Assembly: GCA_902596655.1 (NCBI GenBank)
Contig: CACJUX010000003.1
Location: forward strand, 11,649 to 75,648
DNA length: 64,000 nt
Direction of reading: 5' to 3'
Source: an uncultured SAR116 cluster alpha proteobacterium
GTDB lineage: Bacteria > Pseudomonadota > Alphaproteobacteria > Puniceispirillales > Puniceispirillaceae
The notes under the pieces are model-generated. The model did not search any database. It was not told where the DNA came from and was given only the letters and a program-made list of their open reading frames with translations. The translations under genes and the position numbers were made by a program. Shown here piece by piece: positions 18,526 to 26,646 of this stretch (position 1 is its first letter; each line of letters starts with the position of its first letter).

Positions 18526-19713
18526 TTAACTATGCGCTGCCATTGCACCATGTGTGGATTGTGCGGTCTCATCCATTGCTAACTGCTGGCCGGCCATCAG
18601 ATGAAGACTGTCATCCGTGATGATTTCTGCCGCAGTGACTTTGCCATCGACCGACAGCACGAGCGCACGCTGCAGAACGTTTTCCAGCTCGCGCACATTG
18701 CCCGGCCAACTGTAACCGCGCAGCTTTGAAACCGCACTGTCATCAAGCCAGGGAATTGTAGCAGCTGTGTTGCAGTGACGGTTCAGCAGAAATGTGACAA
18801 TCGGTACAATGTCATCCGCTCGATCCGCAACAGCGCTGGTGTTCAGGGGAAACACGTTCAACCTGTAATATAGATCCTCGCGGAAATTGCCCTGTCGGAT
18901 TTCATTAGTCATGTTGCGATTGGTTGTAGCAACAACACGCACGTCAACAGCGACATCTGCATGCGACCCAATGGGCGTGACTGCCTTTTCCTGCAGCACC
19001 CGCAGCAGCTTTGCCTGTAATGACATCGGCATCTCAGAAATCTCGTCAAGCAGCAAGGTGCCGCCATCAGCCGCACGGAAAATACCCTTGTTTGCCGTGG
19101 ACGCGCCGGTAAAGGCTCCCTTTTCATGACCAAACAGAATGGCCTCAAGCATATTTTCTGGTATCGCCGCACAATTGACAGCTACAAAAGGTGCCTTGGC
19201 GCGTGGCGAATGATTGTGAACGAACCTGGCCAACACCTCTTTGCCAGTGCCCGTAGGACCGTTAACAAAGACAGTCACGTCTGTCCGTGCAACGCGTTTC
19301 GCAAGGTTTAAAAGGTCAAGACTCACCTTATCACCGGCGGCGACGTTTATTTCACCCGACAGCAGTGTGGCGGCGAGCTGCAGGCCATACTCATCACAGA
19401 TTGCAGTTGCCGAGTCAGATTTTGGCAGCGACAGCCTTATTAACTTGCCACCAAATTCCTCAGAAATAGCAAAGACAGGCTGGTCCTCGGCAATGATCAT
19501 TAATTGTCCAGCGCGCATTGAGCGACCCTTAGCAACAACCGCCTCCTGCCCACCAAGCTTTTTCTCGAACGCCGCGCTGCAGACAAAAATAGAAGAACGG
19601 CCATCAACCGCATCACCCCCTGCAATGGTTACATGCACCATGCGGCAGGACAGGATTGTGGCCAACCTCTCAGCGGCGGCAAATAATTCTTTCTCCAGGC
19701 AAATGCTGTTCAT
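18526..19713 (-). CDS. Sigma-54 enhancer-binding protein lacking a C-terminal DNA-binding domain (FleT-like position, first gene of the fliE operon)
   Basis: AAA+ core with Walker A (GPTGTGKE), GAFTGA loop ([12 protein letters not shown]) and WPGNVRELEN. The ~140-aa N-terminal domain has no obvious receiver signature. The ORF ends ~45 aa after the AAA+ core with no Fis-type HTH. Confidence 0.8.
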   Translation of the reverse strand: MNSICLEKELFAAAERLATILSCRMVHVTIAGGDAVDGRSSIFVCSAAFEKKLGGQEAVVAKGRSMRAGQLMIIAEDQPVFAISEEFGGKLIRLSLPKSDSATAICDEYGLQLAATLLSGEINVAAGDKVSLDLLNLAKRVARTDVTVFVNGPTGTGKEVLARFVHNHSPRAKAPFVAVNCAAIPENMLEAILFGHEKGAFTGASTANKGIFRAADGGTLLLDEISEMPMSLQAKLLRVLQEKAVTPIGSHADVAVDVRVVATTNRNMTNEIRQGNFREDLYYRLNVFPLNTSAVADRADDIVPIVTFLLNRHCNTAATIPWLDDSAVSKLRGYSWPGNVRELENVLQRALVLSVDGKVTAAEIITDDSLHLMAGQQLAMDETAQSTHGAMAAHS

Positions 19714-19752
19714 GGTATGTGACCCAAATAAAGTTTCGACTGACCCAACAAA

Positions 19753-19768
19753 GGCAGGAAGCGTGCCA
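19753..19768 (-). promoter_or_regulatory. Sigma-54 promoter match upstream of the FleT-like gene / fliE operon
   Basis: The minus strand reads TGGCAC-GCTTC-CTGCC with canonical spacing. The -12 element is ~40 nt upstream of ATG 19713. Confidence 0.6.
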
Positions 19769-19782
19769 AACTGTTTTTTTGG

Positions 19783-19861
19783 TCAAAAAAAACGTCAAAA
19801 CTGTCAAATGCTCAAACAATTCACAGTTTTTGGGGAAAATCAGCCGTTCAAAATTTTGACA
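19783..19861. promoter_or_regulatory. Array of (G)TCAAA(A/T/C) repeats plus a 12-bp perfect palindrome in the divergent activator control region
   Basis: Direct copies start near 19783, 19795, 19804 and 19812. The perfect palindrome TCAAAATTTTGA lies at 19848-19859, and a further inverted copy (TTTGAC) lies near 19895-19900. This is a candidate activator or autoregulatory binding site. Confidence 0.35.
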
Positions 19862-19885
19862 ACCCAAGCAGATTGTCGGTATGTT
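19856..19885 (+). promoter_or_regulatory. Candidate sigma-70-type promoter for the FleQ-like gene
   Basis: TTGACA (19856-19861), an 18-nt spacer, then TATGTT (19880-19885), ~40 nt upstream of GTG 19928. The -35 overlaps the palindrome. Confidence 0.3.
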
Positions 19886-19927
19886 TATCAATTATTTGAC
19901 GCCTCCTTTGTATTAGTCCTTTGTTGA

Positions 19928-21055
19928 GTGGTTGTTGACGCAGTGGCGCAGACATTAGATGACATAATCATCGGGCGATCCGCACCGGTTAAAGATCTGA
20001 AACGGCTTATTGAGATCGTTGCTACGGCGAATACCAATGTGCTTGTATTGGGAGAAACGGGAACTGGAAAGGAATTGGTGGCCCGTGCTCTGCACGCGGA
20101 GTCCGGCCGCACGGGCAAGCTGGTTTCCGTCAATTGCGCGGCAATTCCCAGCGAATTACTCGAATCTGAATTGTTTGGCCACGAAAAGGGTGCATTTACC
20201 GGCGCCGACAAGGCGCGTGCTGGCCGATTCGAAATGGCCAAGGGTGGCACATTGTTTCTCGATGAGATTGGTGACATGCCTCTGGCGCTGCAGTCAAAGC
20301 TGCTGCGGGCGCTTGAAGACAAAGCAATTCAGAGGGTCGGTGGCGGTGAGGACGTGCCGGTTGATTTCAGGCTGATTTGTGCCACCCACCAGAAAATCCA
20401 ACAGAAGGTCGATGATGGAAGTTTCCGGTCCGATCTGTATTTCCGGATCAATGTATTTCCAGTACAGGTGCCAACATTGGCTGAGCGCAGCGTTGACATT
20501 CCTCTGATTGCCGAAGCCATCCTCGGGCGTATGGCTGTCGACCAGAAAATTGTCAAACCAAAGTTAGATGATTCCGCTTGGAGCGAACTGTCCCGCTATC
20601 CTTGGCCTGGAAACATTCGCGAGCTGCGTAATGTTCTTGAACGTGCCGCGGTACTATTCGCCGGTGAACCGATCACCGGCGCACATGTAAAAGAAAATTT
20701 GCTTCGCCTCAAGGCGCCGGACCGCCGCGAGGAACAGGACGCGCTTTGGGCGGCATCAGAAGATCTAATGGGCATTGGTAGCGATGTTTTAACCGGTGTT
20801 GAACAGGCATTGCCTCACCCATCGCATTACGCCGACTGGTTCAGCTATTTCGATACGATTGATTTGCGGCGCCATCTGCGCGATGTTGAGGTGGTTTTGA
20901 TCGAAGCAGCACTGAAAAAATCCGAAGGCATGGTTAGCCAAGCAGCCAACGCGCTCAAACTGCAACGAACAACACTGATCGAGAAGATGAAAAAACTAAT
21001 GATTGAACGAACCGTGCCATCAAAAACCGAATCCAGCACCAAATTAAATTCCTAA
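19928..21055 (+). CDS. Sigma-54 enhancer-binding protein with AAA+ and HTH domains but no N-terminal regulatory domain (FleQ-like master regulator candidate)
   Basis: An in-frame TGA lies directly upstream of GTG 19928, so no N-terminal extension is possible. The AAA+ domain begins within ~15 aa (IIGRSAPV.., [30 protein letters not shown]). The C-terminus has a Fis-type HTH ([23 protein letters not shown]). Confidence 0.85.
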   Translation: MVVDAVAQTLDDIIIGRSAPVKDLKRLIEIVATANTNVLVLGETGTGKELVARALHAESGRTGKLVSVNCAAIPSELLESELFGHEKGAFTGADKARAGRFEMAKGGTLFLDEIGDMPLALQSKLLRALEDKAIQRVGGGEDVPVDFRLICATHQKIQQKVDDGSFRSDLYFRINVFPVQVPTLAERSVDIPLIAEAILGRMAVDQKIVKPKLDDSAWSELSRYPWPGNIRELRNVLERAAVLFAGEPITGAHVKENLLRLKAPDRREEQDALWAASEDLMGIGSDVLTGVEQALPHPSHYADWFSYFDTIDLRRHLRDVEVVLIEAALKKSEGMVSQAANALKLQRTTLIEKMKKLMIERTVPSKTESSTKLNS

Positions 21056-21070
21056 AGCTCTTTGGTGAAG

Positions 21071-21361
21071 CTAGTTCCGATAACCAGACAGGCCACGCAG
21101 CTTCGCACCAGTTACCTGTTGAAGTTGGCTCATTTCGCGGGTCATCTGCGTAATAGCCCGCGCGTTGTCAGCAGCGCAGGCTTCTAGTGCCTCAAAAAAA
21201 TGCTGATCATCATCGGGGGCGTTCGTCGCAGTGAATTCATGCAGCATGTCGCGCCTTGCAAGATCCAGATTGACGACACGGTCAAAATTTTGCGCTGCCA
21301 ACGCGGATTCAATCTGTTCGTTGAATGCAGCGAATTGATCTAGAAACTCTGATTTTGTCAT
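21071..21361 (-). CDS. Small helical protein in the fliT position (putative FliT-like export chaperone)
   Basis: 96 aa, helical and acidic. Its start overlaps the fliS stop. Assignment is by position only. Confidence 0.4.
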   Translation of the reverse strand: MTKSEFLDQFAAFNEQIESALAAQNFDRVVNLDLARRDMLHEFTATNAPDDDQHFFEALEACAADNARAITQMTREMSQLQQVTGAKLRGLSGYRN

Positions 21362-21798
21362 GATGCCCTCGTTTGCGCTTCGGCCTGTGAATTCTGTAGT
21401 CCACCTGCTGTCCTAACAGCTGTCATCCTCCAGGCATCACGAATTTCTGAAAGCGAATTAATAGCCGCCTTGATACCGTCTGGCTCCTCAGTTTTGGCAC
21501 ACTCAAGCAGTTGCTGACGCGCATATTCATAGAGCCGAAATAAATTCTCAGCTATCTCGCCGCCCGCCTCAAAATTGAGGCTGGTTTGCAGTGCATAAAT
21601 GATCGATAATGATTTTGAAAGCGCCTTGCCTCGGAGCTCCAAATCGGCATTCTTTTTCTCTAAATTGGTGAAAAAAATATTCATTGAACGGTACAGCTCA
21701 TCATACAACACACAAATAAGAGCATGTGGATCCTCTGAGTCGACAGCTGCCTCACGCTCTGAGTTTGCGTAAGCATTTAACATTTTGCTATTTTTCAT
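21358..21798 (-). CDS. fliS: Flagellin-specific chaperone FliS
   Basis: 146 aa with a FliS-type four-helix pattern (LICVLYDELYRSMN.., KALSKSLSIIYALQTSLNFEAGGEIAENLFRLYEYARQQL). Confidence 0.9.
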   Translation of the reverse strand: MKNSKMLNAYANSEREAAVDSEDPHALICVLYDELYRSMNIFFTNLEKKNADLELRGKALSKSLSIIYALQTSLNFEAGGEIAENLFRLYEYARQQLLECAKTEEPDGIKAAINSLSEIRDAWRMTAVRTAGGLQNSQAEAQTRAS

Positions 21799-21962
21799 TT
21801 TATTTGATGGCTCCCGATTTATTGTCTTACACCGAATCCCATTGGCTATGACGTCTGTTTATGCTATTGATTGATCATGACACCGTTAGTACCAGTTACA
21901 AACTCACCTCCAACCGCGGCATCAATGCCCGCGGCTTTAGGTGCCTCCGTGAATGCTTTCGA

Positions 21963-21978
21963 TGCAAACATCGTGCCA
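21963..21978 (-). promoter_or_regulatory. Sigma-54 promoter match upstream of fliS
   Basis: The minus strand reads TGGCAC-GATGT-TTGCA, a perfect consensus with correct spacing, ~165 nt upstream of the fliS ATG. Confidence 0.6.
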
Positions 21979-22245
21979 AGCGGCCGGCAAACAATGCTTG
22001 GCGTGACAGGCAAACCGGCAACCGAAACCCTCTCTCGCGACTACACGCGACAGCCACAACCGATGATTATCAGCCACCCAAGACAGGCACCATCCGCTGT
22101 TTCGAGTGAACAATTTCTGGCGGCGCGTAGTCTGATAGCCCCAGCCTATCAGCACAACATACTGGCAACAAAAATGGCTAGAATTTCCAACCTGCACGCA
22201 GAAGCACCACTTTTTCGTGATCAGGTCGACCTTTTGGCATAAGAT

Positions 22246-23976
22246 TCAATTTCTCTCTAAATCAGTTATTTTTGATTGTAACGTCAAATAAAGCTTGAAT
22301 AAATCTGCCTCGGTGACAACGCCATGAAAGACTTCAGTATCGCGGTTGACAATTGGAATGCTCTCACCGACAAAATTACTCGCCACCTCAATGGCTTGCT
22401 GTAGCGACGCATCATGTTTAATCGAAATCGGCCCTTCCATTATGTGCTGTCGCACCGGCGCACCGCCGTCTAAGCCTAAAAGCTCATGCAACGCAACCTT
22501 GCCTATAAATTTGTTACCATCTTCATCCAAAACGTAGCCCTCGGTGGCCTCAGCGGCAACGAGTGCGGCAATCGCGCAGTCGACGTTGGCATCCCTGGAA
22601 AAGCGGACATAGTCAGGGCTAATAATGTCCATCACTGGCGTCTCCATCATCTCGATATGGCCACGCCCCTGCGAAACATCGATCTTGCGGTCAAGCAGTT
22701 GTCTGTCAAAGAATGAATGGCCAAAAATAACATTCGAGACCATTGTGCTAACCACAACACTAAGCATGGCAGCAAGGGCGAATTCGTAGCTCATTGTCAT
22801 TTCCAAAATAATCAAAACACCTGCAACTGGGGCTCCAATGACGGCAGCTGCAACTGACGCCATACCACAAATGGCAAGTCCCGGCCCCGTACCCGAAAGT
22901 CCGACAAGGGCTAAAAGGCGACCCACAATTGCACCTGCCGTTACTCCGACAAACATTGCTGGCGAAAAGACACCGCCAAACATGCCAAAACCAATGCAGA
23001 GCGCTGTCACAGTCAGCTTAAGAAATAAAAGAAGAAGAAGATAGATTTCGTCAAATGCTCCATTTAAGACAGCAGCGACCGTGTCGCCACCGAGCCCCAG
23101 CACCTCGGGAACAAACATACCGACACAGCCCGTAAGCGCGGCAGCAGTAAAGAGCAGGCGCGCCGGAGACCAGCCAGAACTACCAGCAAAGGCAGCAGAG
23201 CGGCGCAAGCTCTGCATGAACAAAACCGCCAGTAGGCCAAAAACTGGACCAGCGATCAGCGCAGCAGGAAGAAGCTCAATCAGATTTGGTGCCAAATCAT
23301 CGAGCATAAACAATGGGTTGGTACCAAAAATCCATTTGCTGACCCATGCAGCAGTGATACTAGCAATTGCAATGGGGGCAATGGCCCGCAGTGAAAAATG
23401 TCTCAATATCGCTTCATGCGCAAAGACCACGCCAGCAATTGGCGCATTAAAACCAGCAGCAATTGCGCCAGCTACGCCGCAACCAATAAAGACATCAGTA
23501 GTGATGTTGGAACCAGTTATTTGGCGAATGAAACTACCCATCGTAGCTCCAAAATGTACCAGCGGACCGTATTGACCTACCGACGCACCACCACTAGCTG
23601 AAATAAAGGCAGCTAGCGTCGAGGCAAAGCCTTGTTTGACATCCAGTTCGTTATCCGTTCGGTGTGCGGCATAAATGCTGTCAGCTGGCCCATGCCAACG
23701 TGCGACACCAAATAAACGACGCACTAACAGAATTGCACAAGCGGCTATCAACAAGCTTAGCAGCGGACCAAAAGCAAGTGGCACACCACCAATATGCAAC
23801 ACGAGAAAATTTGTTGACGCTCGCAGCCCCGAGAGCCATTGGACCCCAAGAACAAAACCATTGGAAACGAAAGCCATAACAAAACCAAAACCAAGGCCCG
23901 TAATAATCACCGCAATCAGCGTGCGTAATAAGACCAGCCTTTGTTTATCAGACTTGGCGTCTGCTTGAACCATCAT
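22246..23976 (-). CDS. ClC-family voltage-gated chloride channel / Cl-/H+ antiporter with a C-terminal CBS pair
   Basis: 576-aa polytopic protein with ClC-like selectivity segments (GGASVGQYGPLVHFG, GFNAPIAGVVFAHE, GGVFSPAMFVG). The ~150-aa C-terminus is CBS-like. Confidence 0.9.
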   Translation of the reverse strand: MMVQADAKSDKQRLVLLRTLIAVIITGLGFGFVMAFVSNGFVLGVQWLSGLRASTNFLVLHIGGVPLAFGPLLSLLIAACAILLVRRLFGVARWHGPADSIYAAHRTDNELDVKQGFASTLAAFISASGGASVGQYGPLVHFGATMGSFIRQITGSNITTDVFIGCGVAGAIAAGFNAPIAGVVFAHEAILRHFSLRAIAPIAIASITAAWVSKWIFGTNPLFMLDDLAPNLIELLPAALIAGPVFGLLAVLFMQSLRRSAAFAGSSGWSPARLLFTAAALTGCVGMFVPEVLGLGGDTVAAVLNGAFDEIYLLLLLFLKLTVTALCIGFGMFGGVFSPAMFVGVTAGAIVGRLLALVGLSGTGPGLAICGMASVAAAVIGAPVAGVLIILEMTMSYEFALAAMLSVVVSTMVSNVIFGHSFFDRQLLDRKIDVSQGRGHIEMMETPVMDIISPDYVRFSRDANVDCAIAALVAAEATEGYVLDEDGNKFIGKVALHELLGLDGGAPVRQHIMEGPISIKHDASLQQAIEVASNFVGESIPIVNRDTEVFHGVVTEADLFKLYLTLQSKITDLERN

Positions 23977-24111
23977 AAATCCAATGCTGATTTAAAAATT
24001 GAACAAAAATAGATAGTTATGCAAATCTATTTTTCACTCAGCCAGCAATACTCCCTGTTGTTAGATAAAGCCTAATGTTTGTTGACCAAAATCGCACGGA
24101 TTTTTGCACCG

Positions 24112-24127
24112 CGGCATAAAAATTGCA
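24112..24127 (+). promoter_or_regulatory. Sigma-54 promoter match upstream of fliD
   Basis: CGGCAT-AAAAA-TTGCA with canonical GG-N10-GC spacing, ~100 nt upstream of ATG 24230. It lies downstream of the TTG 24104 ORF-track start, which argues against that start. Confidence 0.55.
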
Positions 24128-24229
24128 GGTTTGTGTCGTAACGTTTCAAGAAACAGCAATCGGGTCAGCTATCGAGATCAGCAGCTAAACCTTTTGCCAA
24201 AGGTCAAAACCAGAAAGCAGATTGACACC

Positions 24230-25858
24230 ATGGCAACCGACTATCTGTCAGCGTTAAATGTGGGTACGGGACTAAATACAACTGAGATTATAGACTCACT
24301 TGTCGAGGCCGAGCGCGCGCCAAAGGCAAAAATGATTAACGACAACAAAGCAGAACGCACAGTTGCTATTTCTAGTCTCGGTTCTGTAAAAACTGGGTTC
24401 GAGTCTTTTGACACTTCACTTGAAAACCTCGATGGAACCACCGGTCTAAACATCTCTTCGACTATCACAGCCGTAGATTTAGCTTTTGCTGATAGCAAAG
24501 TTGCAAAGGCCTTTAGTCATCAAATTGGTGTCTCACAACTAGCTTCTGCGCACACATTAGTTTTTGGGGGCTATTCGGGCGAAAGTGCGGCCATCGGCAC
24601 AGGAACTCTGAATTTTTCATTTGGTACATGGGCATCAGATGGAAGTTTTTCAGCAAATTCGGATCGCACCGCAACTGACGTCACAATTTCGTCAACTAAC
24701 TCAACTTTGGCAGGTCTAAGAGATTCAATAAATGATGCAGATTTGCAGGTCACAGCATCAATAATTAGAACTGATGACACAAATTATGCTTTAGCGCTTA
24801 AATCGCGCGAGGGTGCTAGTCATAGCCTACAAATTTCCGCGACTGAAAATCCCGGTGGAAGTGGCCTTAGTTCCCTCGCCTACACATCAGTTGATAATTC
24901 TATCCAAAGTTTAGCTGGTGCAAATGCAATAATGACTCTTGACGGTGTCTCGATCACTCGCCAATCCAACGTAATTGATGATCTCGTCGATGGTGTCTCG
25001 ATGACACTGAATTCTACGACCAGTCAAAATGGAACAATCACTGCAGCGTATGACAGTAGCACTGCACTGACAGCAATGAAAACATTGGTGGACGAGATAA
25101 ACAAAATTCAAACTGAGCTTCGTTCACTCACTACACGCGGCATCAACGGTCAAGAAGCAGGTGCTCTAGCGAGCGACAGTCTTGTAAAATCGCTTCAACG
25201 TCAACTGAGCGCTTACACAACGACCCCCATTATCGGCTTTGGAAATTCGTCAGTATATCTTGCAGAATTTGGTGTAACAACCAACCGCGACGGGTCAATA
25301 AGCCTTGATGAAACGACATTTAATACGCAGTTTGCTGCAAAACCAGATGATTTTTCAGCCATCATGCAAAGCCGTGTCACGACTGATACTAACCTCGTGA
25401 AAGGAACTGTGACTGGCAGTCTATACAAACCTGGCATATACGCTTTTGATATTGCGAACGACGGCAGTGCAACATTAGACGGCACAGCGATGACTCAAAC
25501 TATAAGCCGTTATAGTATAGTGTCGGGGGATGCCGCAGGGCTGATATTGGACGTAACAGGCGGTGGTCTGGACACAAACATCTATATTGGTACTAGTCTT
25601 TTGGACAGTCTTCGGACGTTTTCACAAAACATCGTGAAAACTGGCAGTGATTTAAATACAAAGATTACTCGATATAATGACGATCTGATTAAGTATTCGG
25701 ATCAATTAACAAGTTTAGACGAGAGTGTAGCGGCCGCAAGGGCGCGTTATGTGGCAAAATTCAACGCAATGGAAAAGGTTTCCGCTAGCATGAAGAAAAC
25801 CGGTGAAAGTCTGACCAATATGATGGACGCTTGGAAAGCTACTATGAAAAACAAATAG
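24230..25858 (+). CDS. fliD: Flagellar filament cap protein FliD
   Basis: The N-terminus (MATDYLSALNVGTGLNTTEIIDSLVEAERAP) and the C-terminal helical region (RYVAKFNAMEKVSASMKKTGESL) are typical of FliD. A central IN-type segment is present (IMTLDGVSITRQSNVIDDLVDGVSMTL). Confidence 0.9.
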   Translation: MATDYLSALNVGTGLNTTEIIDSLVEAERAPKAKMINDNKAERTVAISSLGSVKTGFESFDTSLENLDGTTGLNISSTITAVDLAFADSKVAKAFSHQIGVSQLASAHTLVFGGYSGESAAIGTGTLNFSFGTWASDGSFSANSDRTATDVTISSTNSTLAGLRDSINDADLQVTASIIRTDDTNYALALKSREGASHSLQISATENPGGSGLSSLAYTSVDNSIQSLAGANAIMTLDGVSITRQSNVIDDLVDGVSMTLNSTTSQNGTITAAYDSSTALTAMKTLVDEINKIQTELRSLTTRGINGQEAGALASDSLVKSLQRQLSAYTTTPIIGFGNSSVYLAEFGVTTNRDGSISLDETTFNTQFAAKPDDFSAIMQSRVTTDTNLVKGTVTGSLYKPGIYAFDIANDGSATLDGTAMTQTISRYSIVSGDAAGLILDVTGGGLDTNIYIGTSLLDSLRTFSQNIVKTGSDLNTKITRYNDDLIKYSDQLTSLDESVAAARARYVAKFNAMEKVSASMKKTGESLTNMMDAWKATMKNK

Positions 25859-25863
25859 GCGTA

Positions 25864-26361
25864 TTAAATAATATCCAGCACGCTAAGTTGCTTTGCCGCC
25901 AATTCAGCCATTTTTGGCATATTTTCTTCATTTTCAAGGTTCCATCCAAGTGGTGCTTTCGGCACGGTGTTTGATCTTAGCGCAAAAACATAAGCCCGGA
26001 AGGATTTAGCGGTGCCGTCCAAATTTATATCAGGAGCTTTCAAACCATCTTCCAATGCTCCAAAAAGTGGTTTGAGCTTTCGCGGTTTTCCAACCGCCTC
26101 ATTCATCAACCTGTAAAAACAGAAGTCGTTAAGTAACTCAACGGCCATATCACCAGCTTCAATTTCTGCTAAAAAAAGCAGCATCGCTTCAGCTGGACCC
26201 AAAATACTCTCGGCAGGCACTTCATTGTAAATCTCAGACAAACCTTCTGAGTATTTATTCGCAAACGCGTCGATACCTATCTCAGAGCTCAAATACTCTG
26301 ATGCGGCGCGGGCAACGGCAATATCAAATATCCAATTCGGACAGTACATCGCTTCCCTCAA
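25864..26361 (-). CDS. Hypothetical protein (orphan, no recognisable motif)
   Basis: 165-aa ORF on the strand opposite to fliD and the flagellin gene, visibly AT-richer than its neighbours. I recognised no family. Confidence 0.4.
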   Translation of the reverse strand: MREAMYCPNWIFDIAVARAASEYLSSEIGIDAFANKYSEGLSEIYNEVPAESILGPAEAMLLFLAEIEAGDMAVELLNDFCFYRLMNEAVGKPRKLKPLFGALEDGLKAPDINLDGTAKSFRAYVFALRSNTVPKAPLGWNLENEENMPKMAELAAKQLSVLDII

Positions 26362-26480
26362 AGCATGGTATTTCTTTGAAACTTACCCAAATTATCCAAA
26401 CTACCTAAAACATTAGGTTGATAGCACAACCACTACAGAAAAATAAAGTAGAAGAAAAACAAATTCCACAAATCATATTT

Positions 26481-26505
26481 TATGAAAAATCAAAAATTTT
26501 TCATA
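26481..26505. repeat. Perfect 10-5-10 inverted repeat in the flagellin upstream region
   Basis: TATGAAAAAT-caaaa-ATTTTTCATA, ~140 nt upstream of the flagellin ATG in a very AT-rich gap. Confidence 0.6.
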
Positions 26506-26553
26506 TAAAATACAATAATTTCAGATAATTAAAATATTTTTCGGGAGAATGAC

Positions 26554-26579
26554 TAACTATTTTTGCTCATAGTCGTTAC
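26554..26579 (+). promoter_or_regulatory. Weak sigma-28-like promoter candidate upstream of the flagellin gene
   Basis: TAAC-N14-GTCGTTAC, compared with the canonical TAAA-N15-GCCGATAA. The same GTCGTTA box preceded by CATAGT recurs upstream of flgM. Confidence 0.3.
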
Positions 26580-26646
26580 CGAATGCGAGAACCGACGCGT
26601 ATTTGCGTGAAAACCATTTGACCAATTACTGGAAAGGACCAGAAAA

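Noticed and set aside
19241-20322. Long antisense ORFs across both activator genes (19241-19927 on plus, 19888-20322 on minus)
   Set aside because: Each is antisense to an AAA+ gene with unmistakable motifs. The products are Ser/Pro/Ala-rich low-complexity sequence with no independent signals.
21871-22242. 123-aa plus-strand ORF in the gap between fliS and the ClC gene
   Set aside because: It has no SD before either the TTG or the ATG start. A consensus sigma-54 promoter for fliS lies inside it on the other strand, so the region is more plausibly the fliS promoter and leader. I cannot exclude a small real gene.
24104-24229. N-terminal extensions offered by the ORF track (fliD from TTG 24104; likewise fliQ 6577, fliP 7403, flgH 37747, aminotransferase 60750, RraA-like 60042)
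   Set aside because: The extensions overlap upstream genes or promoters and lack an SD. The internal ATGs restore canonical N-termini (signal peptide, lipobox or conserved first helix).
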